From NCBI GenBank assembly GCA_965232515.1, contig CBDDPY010000002.1, positions 3,232,001 to 3,296,000 of the forward strand: a stretch of DNA of 64,000 bases. The letters are read 5' to 3'. Source of the DNA: Alphaproteobacteria bacterium (GTDB lineage: Bacteria; Pseudomonadota; Alphaproteobacteria; GCA-2731375). The position numbers and the translations under genes are program-made. The notes under the pieces were generated by a model. It was not told where the DNA came from. It made no database searches and saw nothing but the letters and a program-made list of their open reading frames with translations. Shown piece by piece: positions 10,901-19,916 of the stretch; positions within the stretch are counted from its first letter, which is position 1, and each line of letters begins with the position of its first letter.

Positions 10901-11062
10901 GTGCAGGCCGCGTCGACCGAAGCGCTTGTCGATGGTCAGACCTCGACGGTGATCGATCTGGACGGCGCCGGCGGCGCGGACCAGGTCACCCTGCTGGGCG
11001 TGGCGCTCGCCGATCTCTCGGCCAGCAACGTCATCCTGCAGGACGAGCAGAACGGCGTCTGA
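7913..11062 (+). CDS. Large acidic Gly/Asn/Asp-rich repeat protein with RTX-like C-terminus; type I secretion substrate
   Basis: Many NxGxI strand motifs; GGAGNDLL-AGDDADTFLF-GTGQDRV nonapeptide-like units; VTLLGV C-terminal secretion-signal-like end; no Sec signal; directly upstream of the T1SS genes. Confidence 0.85.
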   Translation: MALGLFNFLNFGAQASFNGLLARLRGTTVIPNNDDQARVSDFDGQRFVVGRGDASEVDGAPVLTIDDDRVSLRNAGRLATEGETATVQVDGDRASITNRRGGAIEAEDTAIEINGDRAHVSNQRGALIDGGQNGIEVNGEDAHINNAGLIVGGFNGVNFAFEGETDSFLFNRGTILSDSRAVNIDGDGVRVVNRGDIRGTGDQRNGTIYADASADNYEIENDGRVDAGNGNQGAGISLQLGESVDAEVHNDGVIQGRGQAAASSNLAGDGIRLFSGVEGSSTFTGQIRNRGTIDSESDQGTTAGVRAAEGVNFQGRLVNERNGVIAGDQNGVYFGNGDHEDGLFVNRGRVSSDSRAVNLDGDGLTFVNHGLVLGTDNQRNGTVYLDGTADDTTVRNHGKIDAGAGNLGDGISVQVGSSSEDALNEDIVIHNSGEIQGRGQAAFENGARAASNGSSGVRFFNGSGEPEATVSGSVTNSGTITAEVDVGFLGGLVVEDGVGFDGTITNDRRGVISGPRNGLYVGNAEHDLTVNNSGRIESGSRAVNLDGDNVTFNNHGDVVGTDNQRNGTLYVDGTADNVTITNSRRGDIDAGAGNLGDGIAVQVGSSSEDALNENIVIDNEGEIQGRGQAAFENGARAVANGSSGVRFFNGSGEPQATVSGSVTNSGTITTEVNVGFLGGLVVEDGVGFNGTITNEARGVISGPRNGLYIGNAEHDLTVDNFGRVESGSRAVNLDGDNVTFNNHGEVVGTGDQRNGTLYLDGTADNVTVTNSRNGEIDAGRGNDGSGVSVQVGSSSEDALNENITLDNDGLIQGRGDGNVPAGVRFFNGSGEDVATVTGSIDNGEHGTIVSETAAGILIEDGVAFNGTITNEGVIRGGNGIGIDAGGSEGDITLNQNDGEIDGDVQLGNGADTVNVNGGVIDGDLDTGDGADVVNLGDDGSVTGSVSGGAGNDLLNAGDDADTFLFEIGTGQDRVAQFSTSEDRLDVSDFGFADFAAVQAASTEALVDGQTSTVIDLDGAGGADQVTLLGVALADLSASNVILQDEQNGV
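8441..10540 (+). repeat. Four intragenic tandem repeat units (175-188 codons)
   Basis: The SRAVN(I/L)DGD...QRNGT(I/V/L)Y motif recurs at 8447, 8972, 9530 and 10094 (periods 525, 558, 564 bp). The end of unit 4 is approximate. Confidence 0.9.
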
Positions 11063-11079
11063 GCCGCTCCGTCCAGGGG

Positions 11080-11108
11080 CGGGGGCCCGGTGGCGTGCCG
11101 GGCCCCCG
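11080..11108 (+). terminator. GC-rich hairpin between the substrate and exporter genes
   Basis: cgggggcccgg-N7-ccgggcccccg, 11-bp stem, no U-tract. Confidence 0.5.
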
Positions 11109-11144
11109 TCCTCACCTTCCGGCGCCGGCGAGGGGAACGCGAAC

Positions 11145-12881
11145 ATGCCTGCCAACCACCACACGCGATCGGAACTGCGCCAGGCCCTGGCGCGCTGCCG
11201 CGGCCGGCTGTTGATGACCGGCTTCTTCAGTTTCTTCATCAACCTGCTGATGCTGTCGGTGCCGCTCTACATGCTGCTGGTCTACGACCGCGTATTGACC
11301 AGCGGCAGCCTGCCGACGCTGACCGCGCTGTCGGTGATGGTCGCCATGCTGTTGATCGTGATGGGCGGCCTGGAATTCGTTCGCTCGCGACTGCTGGTGC
11401 GGACCGCGGCGCGGCTGGAAGACCCGATTGTCGACCGGGTGTTCGATGCGGCCATGCGTCGGCCGCTGCTGGCCAACCGCGATCAAGCCGAACGGCCGTT
11501 GCAAGATCTCGGCAGCTTCCGCGACTTCCTGTCCGGCCAGGGACCGATCGCCCTGTTCGACGCGCCTTGGACGCCGATCTATATCGGCGCGATCTATCTG
11601 CTGCATCCGCTGCTCGGCTATGTCGCGATGGCCGGCGCGGCGCTGCTGTTCACGATCGCGCTGTTGAACGAATTCACCACGCGCCGGCCGCTCGGCGCCG
11701 CCGCGCAAGCCACGGCGGAAAGCCGGGCGATGGCCGACTCGGGCCTGCGCAACGTCGAGGTGCTGGGCAGCATGGGGCTGCTGGCGGGACTGCGTCGCCG
11801 CTGGCGGCGGCATCACGGCGCGGCCATGGACGCGCAGTGTCGGGCGAGCGACCGGGCCGGCGGCCTGACGGCGCTGAGCAAGACCATCCGCTTCGCGCTG
11901 CAGGCCGCGATCCTGGGCGTCGGCGCGTCATTGGCCGTCGATCATCTGATCTCGCCCGGCGCCATGATCGCCGCCTCGATCATCATGGGCCGGGCGCTGG
12001 CCCCGGTCGAGATGGCGATCGGCAGCTGGCGGCCGTTCGTGGCCGCCCGCGCCGCCTATCGCCGGCTGGACCAACTGCTGCGCGAGGTGCCGTCACCGGC
12101 CAAGCGCGTGGAACTGCCCGAACTACAGGGACGGCTGGACGTCGAAAGCGTCACCGCCGGCGCGCCGGGCGCCATCCGGCCGGTACTGCACAATATCTCC
12201 TTCGCGTTGGAGCCGGGGAAGGCGCTCGGCGTGATCGGGCCGAGCGGGTCCGGCAAGTCAACGCTGGTCCGGCTGCTGGTCGGCGTCTGGCAGCCGCAGC
12301 ACGGCAGCCTGCGCCTGGACGGCGCGAAGGTGGCGCATTGGCCGGCGGCGCAGCATGCCGCCAGCATCGGCTATCTGCCGCAGGATGTCGAGCTGTTCGC
12401 CGGCAGCGTGGCGGCGAACATCTGTCGCTTCGCCGACGCGGCGGACGATCAGGCCATCGTGGCCGCGGCTTGCCGGGCGGGGGTGCATGACACCATCCTG
12501 CAACTGCCCGAGGGCTACGAGACCCAGATCGGTGACGGCGGCCGCATGCTGTCCGGCGGTCAGCGGCAGCGTATCGCCCTTGCCCGCGCGCTCTACGGCG
12601 ATCCGGCCCTGGTGGTGCTGGACGAACCGAATTCCAATCTCGACGCCGTCGGCGACATGGCGCTGGCGCACGCCATTCAGGAAATGAAGGCGCGCGGCCA
12701 GACAGTGATCGTCATCGCGCACCGGCCGAGCGCCATCGCCTCGGTCGACAAGCTGCTGGTGCTGGACGACGGCCACCAGGTCGCCTTCGGCGACAAGGAC
12801 GAGGTCCTGGCGGCGACGACACGGCCCAGCCGCATTCCCGGCGACAATGTCGCCGCGCTCGAAACGAGGCAGGCATCATGA
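11145..12881 (+). CDS. Type I secretion ABC permease/ATPase (PrtD/AprD/RsaD family)
   Basis: FINLLMLSVPLYML.VYDRVLTS, LFDAPW, GRALAP, GPSGSGKS, LSGGQRQR, DEPNSNLD; no C39-like domain. Confidence 0.95.
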   Translation: MPANHHTRSELRQALARCRGRLLMTGFFSFFINLLMLSVPLYMLLVYDRVLTSGSLPTLTALSVMVAMLLIVMGGLEFVRSRLLVRTAARLEDPIVDRVFDAAMRRPLLANRDQAERPLQDLGSFRDFLSGQGPIALFDAPWTPIYIGAIYLLHPLLGYVAMAGAALLFTIALLNEFTTRRPLGAAAQATAESRAMADSGLRNVEVLGSMGLLAGLRRRWRRHHGAAMDAQCRASDRAGGLTALSKTIRFALQAAILGVGASLAVDHLISPGAMIAASIIMGRALAPVEMAIGSWRPFVAARAAYRRLDQLLREVPSPAKRVELPELQGRLDVESVTAGAPGAIRPVLHNISFALEPGKALGVIGPSGSGKSTLVRLLVGVWQPQHGSLRLDGAKVAHWPAAQHAASIGYLPQDVELFAGSVAANICRFADAADDQAIVAAACRAGVHDTILQLPEGYETQIGDGGRMLSGGQRQRIALARALYGDPALVVLDEPNSNLDAVGDMALAHAIQEMKARGQTVIVIAHRPSAIASVDKLLVLDDGHQVAFGDKDEVLAATTRPSRIPGDNVAALETRQAS

Positions 12882-14209
12882 CCCGACAGATCCTACGACT
12901 GCCCGCGCCCACACCGACGCCGTCGCGGCAGGACAATAGTTGGCGCTATATCCTGGGCGGCCTGGCGCTGGTCGTGCTGCTGTTCGGCGGCCTGATCGGC
13001 TGGTCGGTCACGGCCCGCATCGATGGCGCGGTGATCGCGCCGGGCACGGTCGTGGTCGACAGCAACCGCAAGACGGTCGCGCATCTCGACGGCGGCGTCG
13101 TCGGCGAGATCCTGGTGCGCGAGGGCGAACGCGTCGCCGTGGGCCAGCGCCTGATCCGGCTGGACGATGCGCTCGAACGCGCCGGTCTGGCGATCATCGT
13201 TGATCAGCTGCACGCGCTGGCGGCGCGCCGCGACCGCCTGAACGCGGAACTGGTCGAGGCAGAGGGCATTGATTTCGGCGCTGCGCTGCTGGCGGCGGAA
13301 TCACCGAAAGTCCGCGAGATCCTTGACGGCCAGACGGCGTTGTTCGAGGCCCGCCGCGCGGCGCGCGATGGCGAGCGACAGATCTTGACCCAGCGGATCG
13401 CCGGTCTACGCCGACAGATCGAGGGGCTGAAGGCCCAGCGCGCCGCGCGCGGCCGGCAAATCGAGTTGATCCGACGCGAGCTCGTCGGCGTCAAGACGTT
13501 GCACGACAAGGGCTATTCGCCGCTGACCCGCGTCTTGGAGCTGGAGCGCGAGGCCGCGCGGATCGAGGCGCAGCGCGCCGAGCACGGCACCGAGATTGCA
13601 CGCGCGGCGAACGCTATCGGCGAGGTCGAGCTGCAGATCGCGCAAGCGGCGCAGGACATGCGGGAGGCGGTGACGGCCGAGCTGCACGACGTGCAGACGC
13701 GCATCCTGAACCTGACGGAGCGCCGGGTGGCGGCGGAAACGCGCCTGGCCCGCATCGACATCACGGCCCCGCAGGCGGGCGTCGTGCTGGGCATGACGGC
13801 GCATACCGTGGGCGGCGTCATCCAGGCCGGCGCGCCGATCATGCAGATCGTGCCGCATGACGACGAGCTGGTGCTGCGCGCGCAGGTATCGCCGCAGGAC
13901 GTCGACAAGCTGCGGCCCGGCCTGGCCTCGACGATCCGCTTCTCGGCCTTCGATCAGCAGACCACGCCCGCCATCACGGGTCGGCTGGAAGGCGTCTCGG
14001 CCGATCGGATCGACGACACGCAGCGCGGCGTGTCCTACTTCGCCGCCCGTATCAGTATCGACGACGCCGAGCGCGCCAAGCTCGGCGGCCTGACGTTGCT
14101 GCCGGGCATGCCGGCCGAGGTCTTCATCCAGACCGGCGAGCGTCAGGTGCTGAGCTATCTGCTCAAGCCGCTGCTCGACCACATGGCCCGCGCGCTGCGG
14201 GAGAGCTAA
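12878..14209 (+). CDS. Type I secretion membrane fusion protein (HlyD/PrtE family)
   Basis: N-terminal TM helix, HLDGGVV, coiled coil, ITAP, PGMPAEVFIQTGER..LSYLLKPL. Confidence 0.95.
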   Translation: MTRQILRLPAPTPTPSRQDNSWRYILGGLALVVLLFGGLIGWSVTARIDGAVIAPGTVVVDSNRKTVAHLDGGVVGEILVREGERVAVGQRLIRLDDALERAGLAIIVDQLHALAARRDRLNAELVEAEGIDFGAALLAAESPKVREILDGQTALFEARRAARDGERQILTQRIAGLRRQIEGLKAQRAARGRQIELIRRELVGVKTLHDKGYSPLTRVLELEREAARIEAQRAEHGTEIARAANAIGEVELQIAQAAQDMREAVTAELHDVQTRILNLTERRVAAETRLARIDITAPQAGVVLGMTAHTVGGVIQAGAPIMQIVPHDDELVLRAQVSPQDVDKLRPGLASTIRFSAFDQQTTPAITGRLEGVSADRIDDTQRGVSYFAARISIDDAERAKLGGLTLLPGMPAEVFIQTGERQVLSYLLKPLLDHMARALRES

Positions 14210-15804
14210 CGGTCGGCGTCGAGCGCCTGGGCGACGCGCCGCATGATGGCCCGGCGCGTCCGATTGTCGGCCGCCTGTTCGAGCCGCTGGCGTAGGTCGA
14301 GGGAGAACTGGGCCAGTTCGTTGTGCCAGTCGGGACGACCGACCGCCTCGGGCGGCAAACGGCGCGGCGCGGCATGCGGGCGCAGACGGGCGCCGTCGCC
14401 GATCAGGTCGACCTCGTCGTCGAGCTGCGGCACGATGACCCGGTCGGCGGCGACGCCGGCGGCGATCAGGCCGTCGCGTAGCGCCGTCAGTCCATTCTCC
14501 TCACCGTGGGAGAGGAACGTCGCGCCCTTCACAGGCTGGCGCGCCAGCAGCCAGGCCAGCAGCTCGTCCCCGTCGGCGTGGCCGGAATAGACGTCAATGC
14601 GGCGGATATTGGCGCGGACGCGAATATCCTCGCCCTGGATGCGCACCGCCGACGCGCCCTGCTGGAGCAGGCTGCCGAGCGTGCCGGGCGCTTGATAACC
14701 GACCAACAGCACCGTCGCCTTGCGGTTCCACAGATGCTGCTTGAGGTGATGGCGGATGCGGCCGGCCTCGCACATGCCGCTGGCGGCCAGCACGATGACG
14801 CCGCCGCGATAGCGTCCGATCGCCTTGCTCTGATCGACCGTCTGGGTGAAATGCACGTTGGGATGCCGGAAGAAATCGCCGCTGCCGTTCACGTCCTCCA
14901 GATCTGCCGCATGGCTGGCAAAGACCTCCGTCGCCTTGATCGCCAGCGGCGAATCCAGGAACACCGGCACCCGCGACACCTCGCCCCGGTCCATCAGCAT
15001 CGACAGGTCGGCCAGCAGCTCCTGGGTGCGTTCCACGGCAAAGGACGGGATCAGAAGGACGCCGCCATCCGCCAGCGCCCGGCCGACCTCGGCGGCGAGC
15101 ACGGCGCGCCGCTGTTCCGGCGTCACCGTTGGCCGGGGGCGGCCGCCATAGGTGGATTCGCAGATCACGTAGTCCAGATTCTCGGGCGCGTCCGGATCGG
15201 GATGGAACAGCTTGTGCTCTGGCCCGATGTCGCCCGAGAACAGCAGACGCAGCAGCCGGCGGTCGCGCGCGCCGGTGGCGACTTCGAGCTCGATCGACGC
15301 GGCGCCGAGAATATGGCCGGCGTTCCAATAGCGCGCCCGCACGCCCTCGCCGACCTCGTACCAGCGCTCGTAATCCGTGGCCCGGAAGCTGTCGAGCGCC
15401 GCTTCGCCGTCGGCGCGGGTGTAGATCGGCGTCACTGCCTTGCGCCCGCGCCGCGCGTTGCGGCGGTTGAGATGCTCGACCTCGCTTTCCTGGATATAGC
15501 CGCTGTCGGGCAGCATGTAGGACAACAGGTCGCGCGTGCCGGCGGTGGCGTAGACGGGCCCCGAGAAGCCGTTCTTGATCAGCTTCGGGATCAGCCCGGC
15601 ATGGTCGATATGGGCGTGCGTCAGCAGGACGAAGTCGAGCCCGGCCGGATCGAACGGAAACAGCCCGTAGTTCAGCTCTTTCAAGGTCTTGGAACCCTGG
15701 AACATGCCGCAATCAACCAGGAACTGGCCACGGGGATGCTGCAGCCAGTAGCAGGAACCGGTGACCGTGCCGGCAGCGCCGCAGAATTTCAGACGTACGG
15801 TCAT
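14206..15804 (-). CDS. Metallo-beta-lactamase-fold beta-CASP nuclease (YSH1/RNase-like)
   Basis: GAAGTVTGSC, THAHIDH, AGHILG, FSGD, ESTYG, ASGMCEAGRI and YSGHAD motifs. The ATG at 15804 overlaps the Prs-like stop (ATGA). Confidence 0.92.
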   Translation of the reverse strand: MTVRLKFCGAAGTVTGSCYWLQHPRGQFLVDCGMFQGSKTLKELNYGLFPFDPAGLDFVLLTHAHIDHAGLIPKLIKNGFSGPVYATAGTRDLLSYMLPDSGYIQESEVEHLNRRNARRGRKAVTPIYTRADGEAALDSFRATDYERWYEVGEGVRARYWNAGHILGAASIELEVATGARDRRLLRLLFSGDIGPEHKLFHPDPDAPENLDYVICESTYGGRPRPTVTPEQRRAVLAAEVGRALADGGVLLIPSFAVERTQELLADLSMLMDRGEVSRVPVFLDSPLAIKATEVFASHAADLEDVNGSGDFFRHPNVHFTQTVDQSKAIGRYRGGVIVLAASGMCEAGRIRHHLKQHLWNRKATVLLVGYQAPGTLGSLLQQGASAVRIQGEDIRVRANIRRIDVYSGHADGDELLAWLLARQPVKGATFLSHGEENGLTALRDGLIAAGVAADRVIVPQLDDEVDLIGDGARLRPHAAPRRLPPEAVGRPDWHNELAQFSLDLRQRLEQAADNRTRRAIMRRVAQALDADR

Positions 15805-16694
15805 GGCCGGCACTCGCTGGCCAGCGCCTCGGCCAGCAGCGGCGCGAGGGAAAAGGCGTTGCTGGCGTGCATAACGCTGTCAGTGGATCGAAACCGGTCG
15901 ATGCCGGCCCGCCGCATGGCGGCGAGGTCGTCATCGCCGCAAAGCGCATGCACGGCCAACGCCTCGATGCGCGCGGCGCCGGCGTCCCGCAGACAGGCGG
16001 CGCAGACCGACAGGGTGACGCCACTGGACACGAGGTCGTCGACGATCAGCGCGGTCCGGCCGCGCACCCGACCCGCGTTCGGCAGATCGATCCGCACCTG
16101 CCGGTCGCCCTGCCGATGCTTCTCGCCGATCAGAACGTCGGCCCGCAACGGCCCGGCCACGGCCTCGACCCATTGCCGGGACTCCGCGTCGGGACCGACC
16201 AGGATCGGATCCTCGCTCAAACTCTCTTCGTCCGCGATGCTGGCCGACAGCAGACCGGCCGCCGACAGCACGGTTGTCTCGCAGCCGACAAAGACCTCGG
16301 CGAGATCCGGCGTACGGTGCAGGTGCGGATCGACAGTGACGACGCGGTCGAACAGACCGGCGAGAAACCGTCCGACGACCAGCTGGCTCACTGCCTCGCC
16401 AGCGTGAAACGCGATGTCCTGGCGCATGTAGCACATATAGGGCGCGACCAGCACCAGACGCGCCGCACCACCGTCGCGTAATGCCGACGCCGCCAGCATC
16501 AGCTCGACCAGCTTGTCGTTCGGGTTGTCGAGCGAGCCGTAAAGCAAGACGGTCTCGTCGGCCGGCGCTACCCGCACCAGGCTCTCGCCGTCGGGAAAGC
16601 GATGCACCGCGATGTCGTGACACGGCAGTCCGAGCACGGTAGCGAGCGCCTGGGCCGGACCGGCAGAACCCGGCATCGCGTGCACGGCGGTCAC
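15801..16694 (-). CDS. Ribose-phosphate pyrophosphokinase-like protein (short, archaeal-like Prs homolog)
   Basis: [23 protein letters not shown] and [11 protein letters not shown] (PRT loop). Confidence 0.9.
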   Translation of the reverse strand: MTAVHAMPGSAGPAQALATVLGLPCHDIAVHRFPDGESLVRVAPADETVLLYGSLDNPNDKLVELMLAASALRDGGAARLVLVAPYMCYMRQDIAFHAGEAVSQLVVGRFLAGLFDRVVTVDPHLHRTPDLAEVFVGCETTVLSAAGLLSASIADEESLSEDPILVGPDAESRQWVEAVAGPLRADVLIGEKHRQGDRQVRIDLPNAGRVRGRTALIVDDLVSSGVTLSVCAACLRDAGAARIEALAVHALCGDDDLAAMRRAGIDRFRSTDSVMHASNAFSLAPLLAEALASECRP

Positions 16695-18205
16695 GACCCC
16701 GCGCCGCCCGTGCCGGGATCGGGTGTTACCGCATAGCCCGAGTCCTCCGATGCCAGCGATTTGGCGAAATCGAAGTCCGACGGCACGCAGGCATGGATTC
16801 GATAGATTGGCTCGCCCGCCTCCACCGGTTCGCCGAGCTTCTTCGCCAGCGCGATGCCGGCGCCCTTGTCCATCGGCGCGCCGGCCAGCCGCGCAATCCG
16901 CGCCAGGCGATAGCAGTCGATGCCGGTGACGACGCCATCACGCGGCGCCGGCATGTCATGCGTCAGATCGCCCAACGGATAGCTGATCTCATTGCGTCCC
17001 TGCATGTCGACGATACGTTGCATGGCGTCAAGCGCCTGGCCCGTCTCCAACAGCTCGCGCGCCCGCGCATAGCCGGCGCCGCCGCGCAGCGACGGATCGA
17101 AATCCAGTACGCGGCCGGCCAGAAACAGCGCCCGCTCGCGCAGGTCGGGCGGCGCGTCGGGCGCATTCTCGAGCACCGCCATGACGTCGCGGGCCTCGAG
17201 CACCGGCCCGATACCGCGGCCAACGGGCTGCGCGCCGTCGGTCAGCACGACATCCAGCACGAGGCCAATCTGGTCGCCGACATATTCGAACATCTTGCGC
17301 AGACGCACGGCATCGCCCTGGCTGCGTACCTTGGCGCTGGGGCCGACCGGAATGTCGATGACCAGATGCGTGGAGCCGGCGGCGATCTTCTTCGACAGGA
17401 TGGATGCCACCATCTGCTCGCGCGTGTCGATGCCGAGCGGCCGCTCGACCGAGATCAGCACGTCGTCTGCCGGCGACAGGTTGACATGCCCGCCCCAGAC
17501 CAGACAGCCCTTGCCGTGCTCGACAACGTGGCGCATCTCGTGGATCGACAGATCGACATTGGCCAGAACTTCCATGGTGTCGGCGGTGCCGGCCGGCGAG
17601 GTGATGGCGCGTGACGAGGTCTTCGGGATCGGCAGACCGTGCGCCGCGACGATCGGCACGACGATCATCGAGGTGCGGTTGCCCGGTATGCCGCCGATGC
17701 AATGCTTGTCGACGACCAGCGGGGCATCCCATTCCAGACGGTTGCCGACCTTGGCCATGGCCCGGGTAATGCCGAGCATCTCGTCGGTGGTGAGAAAGCT
17801 CGCCGACGAGATCAGATAGGCGGCGATCTCCATCGGCGAATAGCGGTGCGCGGCGATGTCGTTGATCACCGCCTCGATCTGGCCCGGCGACAACGTCTGG
17901 CCGCTGATTTTGGCGCGCACGGCCTCGAGGCTGCGCGGCGGCGTCGCCTGGGCAATGCGGATCTGGCTGCCCTCCGGCATACCGAAACGACGGAATGCCT
18001 GCACGCCCAGCCCCAGCTCGTCGGGCCCGACGATGCTCGGATCGTCGGCGATCATCAGGGTCGCCAGCAGCTGCCGGCTGTCGGAGACGACTTCGATCTT
18101 CTTCAGCGCACGGAATTCCTCGGCCCGGTAGACCGTGCAATCGCGCGACAACAGCGCCATGTTCTCCGGATAGCTGTCGATGGCGATCCGTCGCAGTTTC
18201 AACAT
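16691..18205 (-). CDS. Thymidine phosphorylase family protein, AMP/NMP phosphorylase-like
   Basis: [36 protein letters not shown] and ARLAGAP; ~85-aa N-terminal extension typical of archaeal-type AMP phosphorylases. Confidence 0.92.
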   Translation of the reverse strand: MLKLRRIAIDSYPENMALLSRDCTVYRAEEFRALKKIEVVSDSRQLLATLMIADDPSIVGPDELGLGVQAFRRFGMPEGSQIRIAQATPPRSLEAVRAKISGQTLSPGQIEAVINDIAAHRYSPMEIAAYLISSASFLTTDEMLGITRAMAKVGNRLEWDAPLVVDKHCIGGIPGNRTSMIVVPIVAAHGLPIPKTSSRAITSPAGTADTMEVLANVDLSIHEMRHVVEHGKGCLVWGGHVNLSPADDVLISVERPLGIDTREQMVASILSKKIAAGSTHLVIDIPVGPSAKVRSQGDAVRLRKMFEYVGDQIGLVLDVVLTDGAQPVGRGIGPVLEARDVMAVLENAPDAPPDLRERALFLAGRVLDFDPSLRGGAGYARARELLETGQALDAMQRIVDMQGRNEISYPLGDLTHDMPAPRDGVVTGIDCYRLARIARLAGAPMDKGAGIALAKKLGEPVEAGEPIYRIHACVPSDFDFAKSLASEDSGYAVTPDPGTGGAGS

Positions 18206-18396
18206 CGGCGAACTCGTGCTTCCCGGCAGACGTTACCACCGGCGGCACGCCTGTCACCCGATTGTCATACAGTCCCGGAGCGCCGTCGATAGCGCGGCGG
18301 GGACGATGGCAATTCGTCGCAGGGTCCGATGCCGGAAAGTCACTGATATCCGCCGCCACCGGCATCAGGCCGACGACGGCGGACGCGTGTCACGCA

Positions 18397-19743
18397 TCAA
18401 TGGGTCAGTTCGATCCAGACCACGTGGTTTTCGGCCGCCGGCCAGGTCCGGGCGGCGATGGTTTCGCCGTTGAAACGGCCGACCACCGTTTGCGGCTCGG
18501 CCGTATCGGCGGCAAAGGTCGTCTTCCAGACACCCGGCACCTCGCTGTCGGGTATGCCGGGGGCCGGTTCGCCGTTGAATTCAATCTCGTCGCGCTGGCC
18601 GCCGAAGTAGCCGCGCGGTCGCATCATGCCGACCGCCACGGCCGTGCCATCGGGCGCCTCGGCGGCCGGATAGAGCCGCAGGTTGACGACGTCGGACGCG
18701 CGCGGGAAGGCCGAGCGGTAGATGTGATGCGTCGAATAGCCCTCGGCCTCGATGACGAATTCGTAGGGCTGGTCCGGCTTCGCTTCGAACGGTCCCCAGC
18801 GGCCGTCGGCGCCGATGACCTTCTCGTGCACCGGATCGCCCAAGCGCTCGCCGGTTTCAGCATTCGTGGCATAGACAGCGAGCTTGGCCCCGACCAGCGG
18901 CAGGTTGGTCGGCCGCGCGTTGGCCCAGCCGCTGACCTCGCCGTCGAGAATTGGGGCATCCTCGGCCGCGATTTCCGTCGTCGCCGGGGCGTGGCCGGCG
19001 ACGACCTTGTGCATTTCGACGAAGGCGGCCGGCGAATAGGCGGTCTCGCGGTGGTCGACGCCCGGCAGCACGATGTTCATGGCGCCGCGCAGCTCTGGCG
19101 CGTCGTAGGAAATCCCGGTCGGCTTACCGGGTTGACCGATCCATTCGCCGGTCGGCTGGGCGTACTTGTCGAACCTGTCCGAGCGCAGCGTCACCGTCGT
19201 CAGGCCAGGCACCACCTCGAACACGGCATTGAGCTTGGACAGGAACGTACCGGCGCCGTTGTATTCGCTGCCCATTCGCACGCCCGGCGCGGCGTAGACA
19301 CCGTGATTGACACAGCCCGTGAGCACCAGCAGTGCCGCGTTCGGCGCACCGCCGGCATTCTGCACATAGTTGCGGATGGTGCTGCAGCCGCGCGAATTGC
19401 CGACGAGCACCACCTTGTCCGAGCCGGTCTGCAGCATCACGCGCGCGACGAAACCCGCGAGCTGGGCGGCGACGTCGGTCGTGGTCGAGCGGTTTTCCTC
19501 GCGCACATTGTCGTCCGAGCCGGCGCCGGGATGGTCGAGATCAATGGCGAACAGCCGGTCGCGCGGATAGCCGTTGGATTCAAAGCGCCAGATCTGCGCG
19601 ATCCAGAGACCGGCCGTATCGCTGTCGCCGTGCACGAAAATCACCGGCAGCGGATGATCGAGCTTTGCCGCCGAGACCGGCCATCCCACACCGGCCATCA
19701 GCAGAACCGTCAATAGCGTCCAAATTGTCCGTCGACCCCACAT
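18397..19743 (-). CDS. Secreted alpha/beta-hydrolase (lipase-like) with C-terminal beta domain
   Basis: Signal peptide from MWGRRT, PVIFVHG, RFESNGYP, nucleophile elbow GNSRG, candidate catalytic His in DHRET. Confidence 0.8.
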   Translation of the reverse strand: MWGRRTIWTLLTVLLMAGVGWPVSAAKLDHPLPVIFVHGDSDTAGLWIAQIWRFESNGYPRDRLFAIDLDHPGAGSDDNVREENRSTTTDVAAQLAGFVARVMLQTGSDKVVLVGNSRGCSTIRNYVQNAGGAPNAALLVLTGCVNHGVYAAPGVRMGSEYNGAGTFLSKLNAVFEVVPGLTTVTLRSDRFDKYAQPTGEWIGQPGKPTGISYDAPELRGAMNIVLPGVDHRETAYSPAAFVEMHKVVAGHAPATTEIAAEDAPILDGEVSGWANARPTNLPLVGAKLAVYATNAETGERLGDPVHEKVIGADGRWGPFEAKPDQPYEFVIEAEGYSTHHIYRSAFPRASDVVNLRLYPAAEAPDGTAVAVGMMRPRGYFGGQRDEIEFNGEPAPGIPDSEVPGVWKTTFAADTAEPQTVVGRFNGETIAARTWPAAENHVVWIELTH

Positions 19744-19916
19744 GGCCTTCCCCTTTTTGTCTGCATCCCAACCCGCCGTCCGACGGGCGCGGTCACCCCA
19801 TTTACGCGATCCTACGGCATCATCACCGTCATTGACTGCCGTTTTCTGACACCAGCATCGCGCCAGCGGAATTGTGTCTGGCGTCACGAATCTTGAGACG
19901 CTATCACCGTCGCAGC

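Noticed and set aside
14206-15804. Beta-lactamase or anti-phage nuclease
   Set aside because: The beta-CASP motifs indicate a nucleic-acid hydrolase, and the neighbours are metabolic rather than defence genes.
16691-18205. Classical deoA in a deo operon, or a complete archaeal AMP-RuBisCO pathway
   Set aside because: The motifs ([16 protein letters not shown]) are of the AMP-phosphorylase type; no deoBCD, R15P isomerase or RuBisCO is in the window.
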